Part shown: positions 53,036 to 62,064 of the stretch, in pieces
How the letters are laid out: each line of letters begins with the position of its first letter
How positions within the stretch are numbered: position 1 is the stretch's first letter
Source: a bacterium
GTDB lineage: Bacteria; Bacteroidota; Ignavibacteria; UBA10030
Direction of reading: 5' to 3'
DNA length: 64,000 bases
NCBI GenBank assembly: GCA_043803945.1
Contig: JAZDJN010000095.1
Span: forward strand, 32,001 to 96,000
Position numbers and translations under genes: made by a program
Notes under the pieces: generated by a model
What the model saw: only the letters and a program-made list of their open reading frames with translations
The model's database searches: none
Told to the model about the DNA's origin: nothing

Positions 53036-53272
53036 AAGTTGAATCCCCGTTATGCTGTGAGAATGAATCTCCTAAACAAAAGACTATAAAAAAAAACGAT
53101 AACATACAAGGGTGAACAACAAAATATCCTTTGGGTGTGATCGTGCTCAACGGTTTTAGTGTGAGCCCGCTCACAACATCGGGTTCAGTAAGGGAGAAAG
53201 GGATCTTCGGGACTCGTTGAATCTCATTCCCTTTTTGCGTACTCTCTACAAGAGACCTCAACACAAATCAAC

Positions 53273-54085
53273 ATGATCGCATCCTCCTTTATCCTTCTCT
53301 TTCTTGGCGGCATTGCAACCGGAACCCTTGGCTCATTGCTCGGAATCGGTGGCGGTATTTTTCTTGTCCCCTTTCTTACGCTGGTGATTGGCGTTCCAGC
53401 TAAACAGGCAATCGCCACAAGCATTATTGCTGTGATTGCAACTTCGAGTGCCGGGGCGTCGGTGAATTTGAAACGTAACACGGTGAACGTGCGGCTCGGG
53501 TTTCTCCTGGAATCCGTAACGGTTCTTGGTGCGATTGGGGGAAGCTTTACCGCTTCCCTGCTCAGCGGCGAAACGTTAATCAAGCTTTTTGCCACACTGT
53601 TGCTTGTTGTTGCTATCTTGATGATCCACAAGACGCGGCAAAAAAAATCGATGGATGCACCTTCATCACAAGGAATTCTCCATGGGCAATTCACCGATGA
53701 AGCAAACGGAACGGTTGTCTCCTATGCGGTTCACCGCATTCCGGCGGTCATGGGTGTTTCGTTTCTCGCCGGCAACGTGTCGGGGCTTCTTGGTATCGGG
53801 GGAGGAATTTTCAAAGTCCCTGCGATGCATATTCTTGGCGGCGTTCCAATGAAGATTGCGACAGCAACAAGTAATTTTACGATCGGGGTAACGGCTGCGG
53901 CGTCTGCATTTATCTATTTTTCTCATGGCCATGTAAATCCATGGATTGCCTCGTCCTCGGCGCTTGGCGTGCTGGGCGGATCACTCCTTGGCACGGTCAT
54001 CAATAGAAAAATTGAGAGCACGGTTCTAACCTGGATTTTTGTCGTCGTTCTGTTATTTGTTTCGATCCAAATGTATTTGAAGTAA
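53273..54085 (+). CDS. TauE/SafE (TSUP) family transporter
   Basis: Duplicated LLGIGGG.F.VP and A.ATS motifs; about 8 TMs. Confidence 0.93.
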   Translation: MIASSFILLFLGGIATGTLGSLLGIGGGIFLVPFLTLVIGVPAKQAIATSIIAVIATSSAGASVNLKRNTVNVRLGFLLESVTVLGAIGGSFTASLLSGETLIKLFATLLLVVAILMIHKTRQKKSMDAPSSQGILHGQFTDEANGTVVSYAVHRIPAVMGVSFLAGNVSGLLGIGGGIFKVPAMHILGGVPMKIATATSNFTIGVTAAASAFIYFSHGHVNPWIASSSALGVLGGSLLGTVINRKIESTVLTWIFVVVLLFVSIQMYLK

Positions 54086-54089
54086 ACCT

Positions 54090-54464
54090 ATGCCCCCCAC
54101 GGAAGAACAGAATATAAAAGTCGTAGAGCGCTGGTCGGCACGAACATTGCAGGTTGGCATTTGGACAAGCGCTATTCTGATCGCCCTCGGCCTTGTGCTC
54201 TCGTTCGTTCCTGGCGATGCCAGCCAGGGATCAGCTCAACAGCAAATGGTGTATGACGGATTATCTTCGATAAAACAGAATGCAGGCAGCCCCGTAGTTC
54301 TCTTGTACCTCGGGCTCATTCTTTTGATGCTTACACCGGTTCTTCGCGTTGTCACCTCTCTTGTAGGATTTGCTTCGGAAAAGGACAAAACCTACGTGGG
54401 GGTATCGGCGTTTGTTCTTGTGGTTCTGCTTGCCGAATTATGCTATTCCCTGATTATAAGGTAA
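54090..54464 (+). CDS. DUF1634 family membrane protein
   Basis: LGLILLMLTPVLRV..FASEKD..Y; follows the TSUP gene. Confidence 0.88.
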   Translation: MPPTEEQNIKVVERWSARTLQVGIWTSAILIALGLVLSFVPGDASQGSAQQQMVYDGLSSIKQNAGSPVVLLYLGLILLMLTPVLRVVTSLVGFASEKDKTYVGVSAFVLVVLLAELCYSLIIR

Positions 54465-54498
54465 CGCAGTTATTAACCCACAAAAAAAGGAGAGACCT

Positions 54499-55329
54499 AT
54501 GACATTCATGGAAAAACTCGAAGCGATTCAGAAAAAAAGGCAATCGCTGCTCTGTGTCGGTCTTGATGTGGATGAAAAGTTGATACCGACAATTCTCTAC
54601 TCCCGGTATCATGATCCTGTCATGGGATTCATCAAAGAGATCATCAATGCAACACAGGATGTCGTGTGCGCCTACAAACTGAATATCGCATTCTACGAAG
54701 CGATGGGGGATCGAGGCTGGGAACTTCTCCGCGAAGCGCTTAAGCTCATTCCCAAAGATATCGTCACGATCGGAGACGGTAAACGGGGAGACATTGGAAA
54801 TACGTCGGAACGATATGCGACCGCCATGTACACCACCCTTGGTTTTGATGCAACGACAGTCAACCCGTACATGGGTAAGGACTCTATTGAACCGTTTCTT
54901 AAAAGTACGGAGCACTGCGCGTTTGTTCTTGCACTGACATCGAACGCCGGCTCGAAGGATTTCCAACGGCTGCTTGTGAACGAGAAGCCGGTGTACGAAT
55001 ATGTGGTCAAAGCTGCCGCCAAATGGAACGCGAAGAAAAATGTCGGCCTTGTTGTCGGAGCAACACACCCCAATGAACTCGAGCCGATCAGAAAACTTGC
55101 TTCCGATATGCCGATTCTGATTCCCGGTATCGGCAAGCAAGGAGGCGACCTGAAATCGGCAGTACGGTATGGGTGCACAAAAAGGGGATACCTCGCAATT
55201 ATCAATGCCAGCCGAAGCATTCTCTATGCATCATGCAGCATGGATTTTGCAAAAGCAGCACAGATTGAAGCAGTCAGGCTGCACAAACAAATTCAGAAAT
55301 ATCGTAAGCTGTATTTCAAGATCAAGTAA
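54499..55329 (+). CDS. pyrF: Orotidine-5'-phosphate decarboxylase
   Basis: LCVGLD, DGKRGDIGNT, LTSN, GLVVGAT, LIPGIGKQGG, INASRSI. Confidence 0.96.
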   Translation: MTFMEKLEAIQKKRQSLLCVGLDVDEKLIPTILYSRYHDPVMGFIKEIINATQDVVCAYKLNIAFYEAMGDRGWELLREALKLIPKDIVTIGDGKRGDIGNTSERYATAMYTTLGFDATTVNPYMGKDSIEPFLKSTEHCAFVLALTSNAGSKDFQRLLVNEKPVYEYVVKAAAKWNAKKNVGLVVGATHPNELEPIRKLASDMPILIPGIGKQGGDLKSAVRYGCTKRGYLAIINASRSILYASCSMDFAKAAQIEAVRLHKQIQKYRKLYFKIK

Positions 55330-55549
55330 GCTTAAGTCGCGCTTTTGACGGAGGTATCTCTTAGTTGCACCAAGGAATTGGAGAGAGACCGAAATCTCCT
55401 CAAGTAGCAGACATATCGATGTCGAGGTGAGGACGGAGAGGTAGCGCCCCATCCTCAACCGGCGGAGAGGATGCACCGGATAGATTCACAGAAGCACCGA
55501 CGCTGTCTTCAGCACCGTTATAATTGTACAACACAGGAAGGAACACACC

Positions 55550-57058
55550 ATGCACCGCGGCACGCCCTATATTCACGAACGTTTTCTCCGACACATCTGG
55601 AGTCGGCAATATTTATCTCATACCCAATTAACAACAGTTGACGGAAAAGCACTGCAGATCATCGATGCAGGCGAATTAAACCTTGACGGAGGCCCCGATT
55701 TCAAAAATGCAATCATCCAGATTGGGTCAACACGCTTTGCCGGCGAGGTGGAAATCCATCGTAATACCGTCGAATGGCTTCGGCATCTCCACCAGCAAAA
55801 CCCGCGCTACAACAAAGTCGTTCTCCACGTAGTACTGGAAGGATCTGTAAACGATGCCCCAACAATTGCACAAAGCGGGAGAGAGATCCACACCCTCGTT
55901 CTCGAACCGTTTCTTTCAGAATCCATCCGGTCGCTCTGGAAAAAAATAATCCTGGATGAGCACACCCGCGCCCATCAGAGAATCCGGTGTCAGCCATTCA
56001 ATGGTGAGGCAACCATACAGAGTATTGTGGTTTGGGTGCAGCACCTTGCGGTAGAAAGGCTGGAGCTGAAACTCAGAAGATTTGATGAACGCCTTCGGGA
56101 CCTTGCCTATGCCGAACTTCTTGTGGTACGCGAGCCGCGTCAATCATATGGACCAATGCCCGTTCGCGGGAACACCGACGATGTTCCGCCGCCATTCAAA
56201 GAACTCACTATACGAGATCTTTCGAAGAAAGGAATCTGGGAACAAGTACTCTATGAAGGGCTGCTGGAATGTCTCGGGTACAGTAAAAACCAGGAACCGT
56301 TTGTCCGCCTGGCAAGAAATGTTCCTTTGCAGAGCATTCAACCCATGAAGCTTACAGTGGAGCAGCTTGAAGCGGTGTTGTTCGGCTCCGCAGGATTATT
56401 GCCTAAGAGCGGCTCCCTCGTTGAGGCGGAATCGAAGCACTATGTAAAGAGCCTCAGGACAACCTGGAATGCATTAAGAAAACAATTGTTGAAGCCCGTT
56501 CTTCATGCGGCGGACTGGCAATTCTTTCCAACGCGCCCCTCAAATTTCCCAACGATTCGAATTGCTGCCGCCGCTGTTCTGGCTCATCGCTTCATCACGG
56601 AAGATCTATTTCGAACAACGATTCAAATACTGAAATCGGAACTCCCCATTCGCGAAAAACAAGCAAAGCTGATACAGAAACTCACCGTGGAGACTTCGGA
56701 GTTCTGGAAGCAGCATTATCATTTTGATCAAACAACAAGCAGGCCGGTTCGCGCCCTGGGCGTTGAACGCATCAAGGACATGGTTGTCAATTGTATTATT
56801 CCGGTTGCACTGCTGTATGCAAGAACATTCAAGGATAAGGAAGTGAGAGAATCAACCCTGCAACTGTACAACGGCTTTCCGCCGCTCATGCCAAACGCTG
56901 TGACGCTACTTATGGAGAAACAGTTGTTGAACCAGCGCGCTCTAATAAACACGGTTAGCCTGCAACAGGGCATTATCCATCTCTATAAGTATTATTGCAA
57001 AGATGATCGGTGTTCGGAGTGCGAGATTGGCCGGACCCTGCCGTTGGTCTTGAAGTGA
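55550..57058 (+). CDS. DUF2851 family protein
   Basis: GELNLDGGPDF, GEVEIH, H..NPRYNKVVLHVV, RPSNFPTIR, terminal C..C..C.IG. Confidence 0.92.
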   Translation: MHRGTPYIHERFLRHIWSRQYLSHTQLTTVDGKALQIIDAGELNLDGGPDFKNAIIQIGSTRFAGEVEIHRNTVEWLRHLHQQNPRYNKVVLHVVLEGSVNDAPTIAQSGREIHTLVLEPFLSESIRSLWKKIILDEHTRAHQRIRCQPFNGEATIQSIVVWVQHLAVERLELKLRRFDERLRDLAYAELLVVREPRQSYGPMPVRGNTDDVPPPFKELTIRDLSKKGIWEQVLYEGLLECLGYSKNQEPFVRLARNVPLQSIQPMKLTVEQLEAVLFGSAGLLPKSGSLVEAESKHYVKSLRTTWNALRKQLLKPVLHAADWQFFPTRPSNFPTIRIAAAAVLAHRFITEDLFRTTIQILKSELPIREKQAKLIQKLTVETSEFWKQHYHFDQTTSRPVRALGVERIKDMVVNCIIPVALLYARTFKDKEVRESTLQLYNGFPPLMPNAVTLLMEKQLLNQRALINTVSLQQGIIHLYKYYCKDDRCSECEIGRTLPLVLK

Positions 57059-57062
57059 AGAG

Positions 57063-57112
57063 AAAAGTCCGACATCTTCGTTAGGTGAACCGTTGGGAGA
57101 TGTCGGACTTTT
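57063..57112. terminator. Bidirectional terminator
   Basis: AAAAGTCCGACATCT / AGATGTCGGACTTTT between convergent genes. Confidence 0.85.
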
Positions 57113-57116
57113 ACGA

Positions 57117-58478
57117 TCAGGTTTTCTGCTGTTTCTTTTTCGCGGCCGGAAAAAGAACATTATTGAGGATGAGCCGATAACCGGGAGAGTTTTTGTGCAG
57201 CGTTAAATCGGTCGGCGGATCTCCAACGGCATGCTGATAATCTTCAGGGTCATGCCCGGCATACCAGGTAAACGTGCCCTTGCCGAAATTTCCATGTATG
57301 TAACGCACCTCTTCGGTGCCTTCCCGCTCTGCAAGCACGATATCGGTCCGTTTGAGCAAGCTCTTTTTAAATGCTGTGGTTTGTCCCATAAACCCCTTGA
57401 CGAGAGAGACATGGTTCTGTGTCAGCATCGAGGGAACGGGATCGTACTTGGCAGAGAAGTCGAAGAGCGTAAAGTAATCGGTGCTGCCGTCGCGAATGGG
57501 CGGCGGATCGCTGGGTGGAATGTCGATATCCGAGTACTCGTACCGTAGCGGATTCATATCGATCTTGAAGTTTTCGAAAGCAAGTGTTTTGGTGAAATCC
57601 AGCTTCTGCTGTGCATCGGGGTCGGCCGGGTCGCCATCAAACATCGGCTCACAGATATCAACGGTCTCCGTTGCGAGAGCAATATCGTAACTGTCGGTGG
57701 CAGAGCACATGGCAAACATAAATCCGCCGTTGGCAATATAATCCTTGATGGCCCGGACGACAGCTTTCTTGGCTTCGGAAACCTTTTTGAATCCGAGCCG
57801 CCTGGCTTCTTTTTCGTACAACAACTGTTGTTCGATATACCATGATGCATAGCGGTAATTTGAAAAGAACTTGCCGTATTGCCCCGTAAAATCTTCATGA
57901 TGGAGATGAAGCCAATCGTACTCGGCGAGCTTTCCCGAGAGCACCTCTTCGTCCCACACCTTTGTATAAGGAATTTCCGCATACTCCATTGCCATCGTAA
58001 CGGCATCGTCCCAGGGCTTGAAGTTTGGCGGAACATAGACGGCAACCTTCGGCACCTTTTCTAACCGCACCACATCCTTATTGTTGTCCTCACGCTGAAC
58101 CTCGGCATAGACAATCCCTGCCTCGGTGGCGGAGAGCTGCTCAAAGAGAACACCGCGCACCCGGCATTCCCGCGCAGCAACATCGCTGTAGTCTGTCATG
58201 AATGAGCCGCCACGATAGTTCAACAGCCAATCAACCTCACCATTGTGTTGAAGAATCCAAAAAGCAATACCGTACGATTTGAGGTGGTCTGTTTGCTTTA
58301 AGTCCATAGGAATAAAAAGCTTGGCTTGAGCGGATAGTAGAGAAGTAAGAAGTAAGACGAGAGACGTGAGATGGAAGAAACAATTTAAGCGAAAGAGGCA
58401 AGAAAAGAGACGAAAGAAGAGGCGGAAGAAAAAGGGCCAATGAGGAAAACAAGCACATAGCTCTAAATTGATACTCAT
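57117..58478 (-). CDS. Conserved secreted protein, class I glutamine amidotransferase-like (often labelled 'asparagine synthetase B')
   Basis: IPMD..Q.DHLK.YG, WLLNYRGGSF, WLHLHHEDFTGQYG, FAMCSATD, GHDPEDY, NNVLFPAAKKK. Start uncertain. Confidence 0.8.
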   Translation of the reverse strand: MSINLELCACFPHWPFFFRLFFRLFSCLFRLNCFFHLTSLVLLLTSLLSAQAKLFIPMDLKQTDHLKSYGIAFWILQHNGEVDWLLNYRGGSFMTDYSDVAARECRVRGVLFEQLSATEAGIVYAEVQREDNNKDVVRLEKVPKVAVYVPPNFKPWDDAVTMAMEYAEIPYTKVWDEEVLSGKLAEYDWLHLHHEDFTGQYGKFFSNYRYASWYIEQQLLYEKEARRLGFKKVSEAKKAVVRAIKDYIANGGFMFAMCSATDSYDIALATETVDICEPMFDGDPADPDAQQKLDFTKTLAFENFKIDMNPLRYEYSDIDIPPSDPPPIRDGSTDYFTLFDFSAKYDPVPSMLTQNHVSLVKGFMGQTTAFKKSLLKRTDIVLAEREGTEEVRYIHGNFGKGTFTWYAGHDPEDYQHAVGDPPTDLTLHKNSPGYRLILNNVLFPAAKKKQQKT

Positions 58479-58735
58479 TTGTTTATACCGTTGTGTTGTA
58501 CTTTGCCGTCGTTTTGAATGCTGGCGAGTTCTTCTATTGTCTGTTGGATTGGTTCATACCAGATTATTCGATCAATCATTTTTTCGATAACGAATGTTAA
58601 CTCATCGTTATTTAATTTTCTATTGATTGTATCTGTGGCTACCCGCTGAATGTCGTGTCTGGTAACGTAATAAACATGTTTTCTTAAATTCATAAACCTG
58701 CTCCTCATGGCATCTGTTTTGTTTTCACAGATCAA
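58475..58735 (-). CDS. Small hypothetical protein
   Basis: AT-rich ORF (DIQRVA..INRKLNNDEL..IIWYEPI); ATGA overlap with the next gene. Confidence 0.6.
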   Translation of the reverse strand: MICENKTDAMRSRFMNLRKHVYYVTRHDIQRVATDTINRKLNNDELTFVIEKMIDRIIWYEPIQQTIEELASIQNDGKVQHNGINK

Positions 58736-58781
58736 TACACGAAGTGATTAATATTGTCAGCAGTAATTTGGTGATAATCAT

Positions 58782-59717
58782 TTACTTGTGAAAAATATTC
58801 TCGCGATGCCAACAAATGGAATTAATATGTGGGTAAGAAGCGCTTCGTTTGGGTAATCTTATGGTTCTGTTCGATAAAAAGAACCCTCTCATCAAGTCAT
58901 GGTTATCCATTATACCATAGCCGATTGGTAATTCTTTAATTTTCTCACTACCCTGTATAGAATAATTTGATCTAAGTGTGAACCAGCCTACATCGAAAGC
59001 CCAGTGGTGAAAGTGACAAAAAGCTATTCCATTCCAAATGTCATCTTTCCCATAAAAACGATGAGGTACAATATAAGCTGCCTCAACCTCCCATAGAAGT
59101 TTGTCTGGAGATATAATTTTCATACCACAGAATGAACAACAATAATCATAGGCTTCTAATATTGCTTGTCGAAATCCCCTTGTTCGAATTAAAGACTCTC
59201 TAGCGGTTTTAACAATTCGTTTTCGTGTGTCGATCGGATTATAATTTTCAACTCTTTTAGCCTGCTCAAGCTTATTCTTTACTTTTTGCACTTCATGGGT
59301 TCGAACCGGTAATTCAATTTTTCTTTCAAGTGGTATTTGTGATAACCTTAGAGCTTCATCAAGTCCCTTTTCCGTCAACATCCATTCGCGCTTTTGCGTG
59401 AGTATCACAGTTTCTTTAGGGTGAGAAAGCAACCTACATTTTGCGGCGAGATCTGCTGTACGGAATAACAACCGATGCCATGCCGGAAATGTTTTGATAC
59501 GGTTCTCTTTTCTAACTAAAGCCTGCATTAAAAAGGAACGTTGTCTTTCCGACAATCCCAGTCGTTCTGCAATTTCATCTGAGAAATCTTGTTTACCAGC
59601 ACCAAATTCTTTAATGGAACCATTATGTTTTAATAATGAAGTTAGAAGAACAGGAATAACCGTTTCCTTTGTCGGCAGAGCAAGCTCCTTAAAGACCTTT
59701 CTTTCATAACTGGTCAT
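58782..59717 (-). CDS. Mrr_N-like winged helix + HNH endonuclease (type IV restriction-like)
   Basis: N-terminal LP..VIPVLL..IAERLGLS..WMLTEKG; C-terminal R..GFR..ILEAY..CSFCG..EAAYIVP..NGI.FCHFHHWAFD.G. Confidence 0.8.
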   Translation of the reverse strand: MTSYERKVFKELALPTKETVIPVLLTSLLKHNGSIKEFGAGKQDFSDEIAERLGLSERQRSFLMQALVRKENRIKTFPAWHRLLFRTADLAAKCRLLSHPKETVILTQKREWMLTEKGLDEALRLSQIPLERKIELPVRTHEVQKVKNKLEQAKRVENYNPIDTRKRIVKTARESLIRTRGFRQAILEAYDYCCSFCGMKIISPDKLLWEVEAAYIVPHRFYGKDDIWNGIAFCHFHHWAFDVGWFTLRSNYSIQGSEKIKELPIGYGIMDNHDLMRGFFLSNRTIRLPKRSASYPHINSICWHRENIFHK

Positions 59718-59915
59718 AACTGTTATCTCTCTCTTTTTGTTAGTAGGTATTATTCTTTGTCGGATTTAGTCTGGAAACCGGATGATGGTGTATGCAAGAA
59801 CGACCAATACCCTATTCTCACATATTCTCGCTGCCACCTGCAATACGCACCCGCTTCTTACTTCTACCCGCCTGCACACTTCGTGTTCCGGGCAAGCCAT
59901 CTCCCGTTTTCAGTT

Positions 59916-61823
59916 TTACTGTTGCCGATCACCGCGCAGAAGCCGAATTCTCTTCCGCGTTTCCTCGACATAAAGAGATTTTGGGAATTGCGTTAAAAGC
60001 GCTTCGTATGCCGTAATGGCCTTCGGGGTATCGCGGAGAATCCGTTCATAGATTTCCCCGATATGCAACTGGGCAAGATCGCGAAAGATACTCGTATTCA
60101 TCTCCTCGGCCATGTGTCGAAATGTTGCGGTTGCCTCATCAGTTCGATGCAGGAGTAACTGGATCTCGCCAATCTTCAACGTTGCGTCGTCGATAAGCCT
60201 GGCCGTTTTGTGTTCCTTGATGATAGTCTCGAACAGCGAGAGTGCTTCGGAGTATTTCCTCTGTCGCAGCAGCAGATCGGCTCTGGCGAACTGAGTGAGC
60301 GCCGCTACGGTTGGCATCTTGTTTTCTTCTATGAAATAGAGAAGCTTCAACGCATCATTTGCCAGGTCGGTATTGACGTTTGTGGAAATCTGCCGGAGCC
60401 GTGCGGCCGCCGAATCGAACTTTGCCTCAAAGTACAGCAGCTCAGATAACCGGAACGAAATTCGATCGGTGTATTGCTCGAGGTTGTATTGCTGTACGGA
60501 AAGGTATTGATAGTACGATTGCCGAAGATCGCCGCGCATCAGATGAACCTCGGCAAGGGCGAGCCGTGCTTCGGTGGTAATGATAAGGTTGGTCGATCGC
60601 TGTACAATTTGTCCGAAGGCTGAAGCCGCGCCATCAAGATCGAAGAACCGGTTCACCCGTATGGTACCCAGGCGAAAGAATGACTGCAGCATAACGTCGG
60701 AGTTTGGATACTCATGAATGATCCCTTCGTATAATTCGATTGCTCCGCCATGGGTTGGTTGCGATTCCGACACAGGTTTTTCCCGATTGAAGGGTTGTGC
60801 CGGTGTGAGCGCCGGGATCGTGAAACCCGTGAGTGCGGTACTGCTGTCTGTTTCATTGCTGAGTTCTTCGATTGCCCGGGCAAATCCGAATCGGATCCAC
60901 GGAGTCATCTGGTGGGAAGGGTACTGCTCGAGAATTTCCCGGTAGGCGATCGCAGCGGAGCGATAGGCACGCTCTTGCAAAGCCCGCTGGGCAAAGTTAA
61001 ACAGCTCTGTGCCGCTCGATTTGTTAATCCGGTCTACAATACGATACTCTTGAAGGGCAGTGGAAAAATCCTTTCCCTCCATGGCAAGCCATGCCAGAAG
61101 CATACGCAAGGGCGCCTTCTCGGGTGTTTTGCCAATCTCTTCTCCCACAACACGAAGCGCTGCTCTTCTTGCCTCCTCCCGTACTGTATATGATGCGAGG
61201 CGAGCCTGAACATAGAGAAGCTGTTCGGGCTTGAATTGCAGCATCATGAGATATTCGCGCGTCAACCCCTCGTATTGCTGAAGGACACCGTAAAGCATTG
61301 CAACCTCATCCAGAAATAAATCCTGAATACCCGTTGCCTTTCGCGCTGAAAGATAACTCTCAACAGCCTTCTCATACAAACGATGCTCCATGAACTGGGA
61401 TGCGACCAGGCGGTAAAGGTTCTGATTTTTCGGATCGGTGTTAATAATTAGCTTCCAAACAGAGTCTGCCCGCTGCTCTTTTCCGCCGAGGAAATAAATC
61501 CCCCCGAGCATTGAGAGTAGATTAGGATCGTTTGGCTGGAGTAATAATCGTTGCTGCAGAAGGATGACAGCCTTCTCATACTGCTTGAGCTGAATGTAGC
61601 AGCGTCGAAGTCCATCAAAGAAAACATAGTTCTGAGGCTCGGCCTGAAGCAATGACTCGTAAAGTTGTGCCGAACGCTCCCAGTCTCCAGACTGCTCGAA
61701 GCTTTGTGCCAACCTGAGACGTGCTGCATTATCGGGTTGCTGCGCTGGTGCAGCTCGGTAGAGAACGAGGATAAGTACACCGATAATAATTCTGATAGAA
61801 AACCGAGAAAGCAATGGTATCAT
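59916..61823 (-). CDS. Secreted TPR-repeat protein
   Basis: Signal peptide ending APA-QQ and many TPR helices. Start chosen at MIPLL; the longer N-terminus derives from a 9-mer repeat. Confidence 0.88.
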   Translation of the reverse strand: MIPLLSRFSIRIIIGVLILVLYRAAPAQQPDNAARLRLAQSFEQSGDWERSAQLYESLLQAEPQNYVFFDGLRRCYIQLKQYEKAVILLQQRLLLQPNDPNLLSMLGGIYFLGGKEQRADSVWKLIINTDPKNQNLYRLVASQFMEHRLYEKAVESYLSARKATGIQDLFLDEVAMLYGVLQQYEGLTREYLMMLQFKPEQLLYVQARLASYTVREEARRAALRVVGEEIGKTPEKAPLRMLLAWLAMEGKDFSTALQEYRIVDRINKSSGTELFNFAQRALQERAYRSAAIAYREILEQYPSHQMTPWIRFGFARAIEELSNETDSSTALTGFTIPALTPAQPFNREKPVSESQPTHGGAIELYEGIIHEYPNSDVMLQSFFRLGTIRVNRFFDLDGAASAFGQIVQRSTNLIITTEARLALAEVHLMRGDLRQSYYQYLSVQQYNLEQYTDRISFRLSELLYFEAKFDSAAARLRQISTNVNTDLANDALKLLYFIEENKMPTVAALTQFARADLLLRQRKYSEALSLFETIIKEHKTARLIDDATLKIGEIQLLLHRTDEATATFRHMAEEMNTSIFRDLAQLHIGEIYERILRDTPKAITAYEALLTQFPKSLYVEETRKRIRLLRGDRQQ

Positions 61824-61907
61824 AGTGCGCTCAATATATAAAAAAATATATTTACTCCTCATACGTTTTGACATGGAACGTAGTCCAAAGAGCATCACGA
61901 CCAGTAG

Positions 61908-62015
61908 AATCATCGCAACCAGCATAATCGAAGCAATCAATGCAATCGGTGTATTCAAAGCAATCTGCACAATCGGTATAATCGAAGCAATCAGTGCAAT
62001 CTGTGTAATCAGCGG
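61908..62015. repeat. Nonamer tandem repeat, 12 units (AATCnnnnn)
   Basis: AATCATCGC AACCAGCAT AATCGAAGC AATCAATGC AATCGGTGT ATTCAAAGC AATCTGCAC AATCGGTAT AATCGAAGC AATCAGTGC AATCTGTGT AATCAGCGG. Confidence 0.88.
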
Positions 62016-62021
62016 TGTTTC

Positions 62022-62050
62022 TTGACATCCCCTCTATTATTGCTTACATT
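62022..62050 (+). promoter_or_regulatory. Sigma70-like promoter for dxr
   Basis: TTGACA-17 nt-TACATT. Confidence 0.65.
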
Positions 62051-62064
62051 TTTAACAGAAAAGC

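Noticed and set aside
53127-53236. 6S RNA call
   Set aside because: The structured part is too short and lacks a clear central bubble; kept only as an unassigned candidate.
55330-55549. Possible riboswitch or ncRNA between pyrF and DUF2851
   Set aside because: Only short hairpins (CATCCTC/GAGGATG, GACAT/ATGTC); no recognisable aptamer consensus or terminator.
57117-58478. Gene symbol asnB
   Set aside because: No N-terminal Cys Ntn-amidotransferase domain or SGGLDS motif, and the protein appears secreted.
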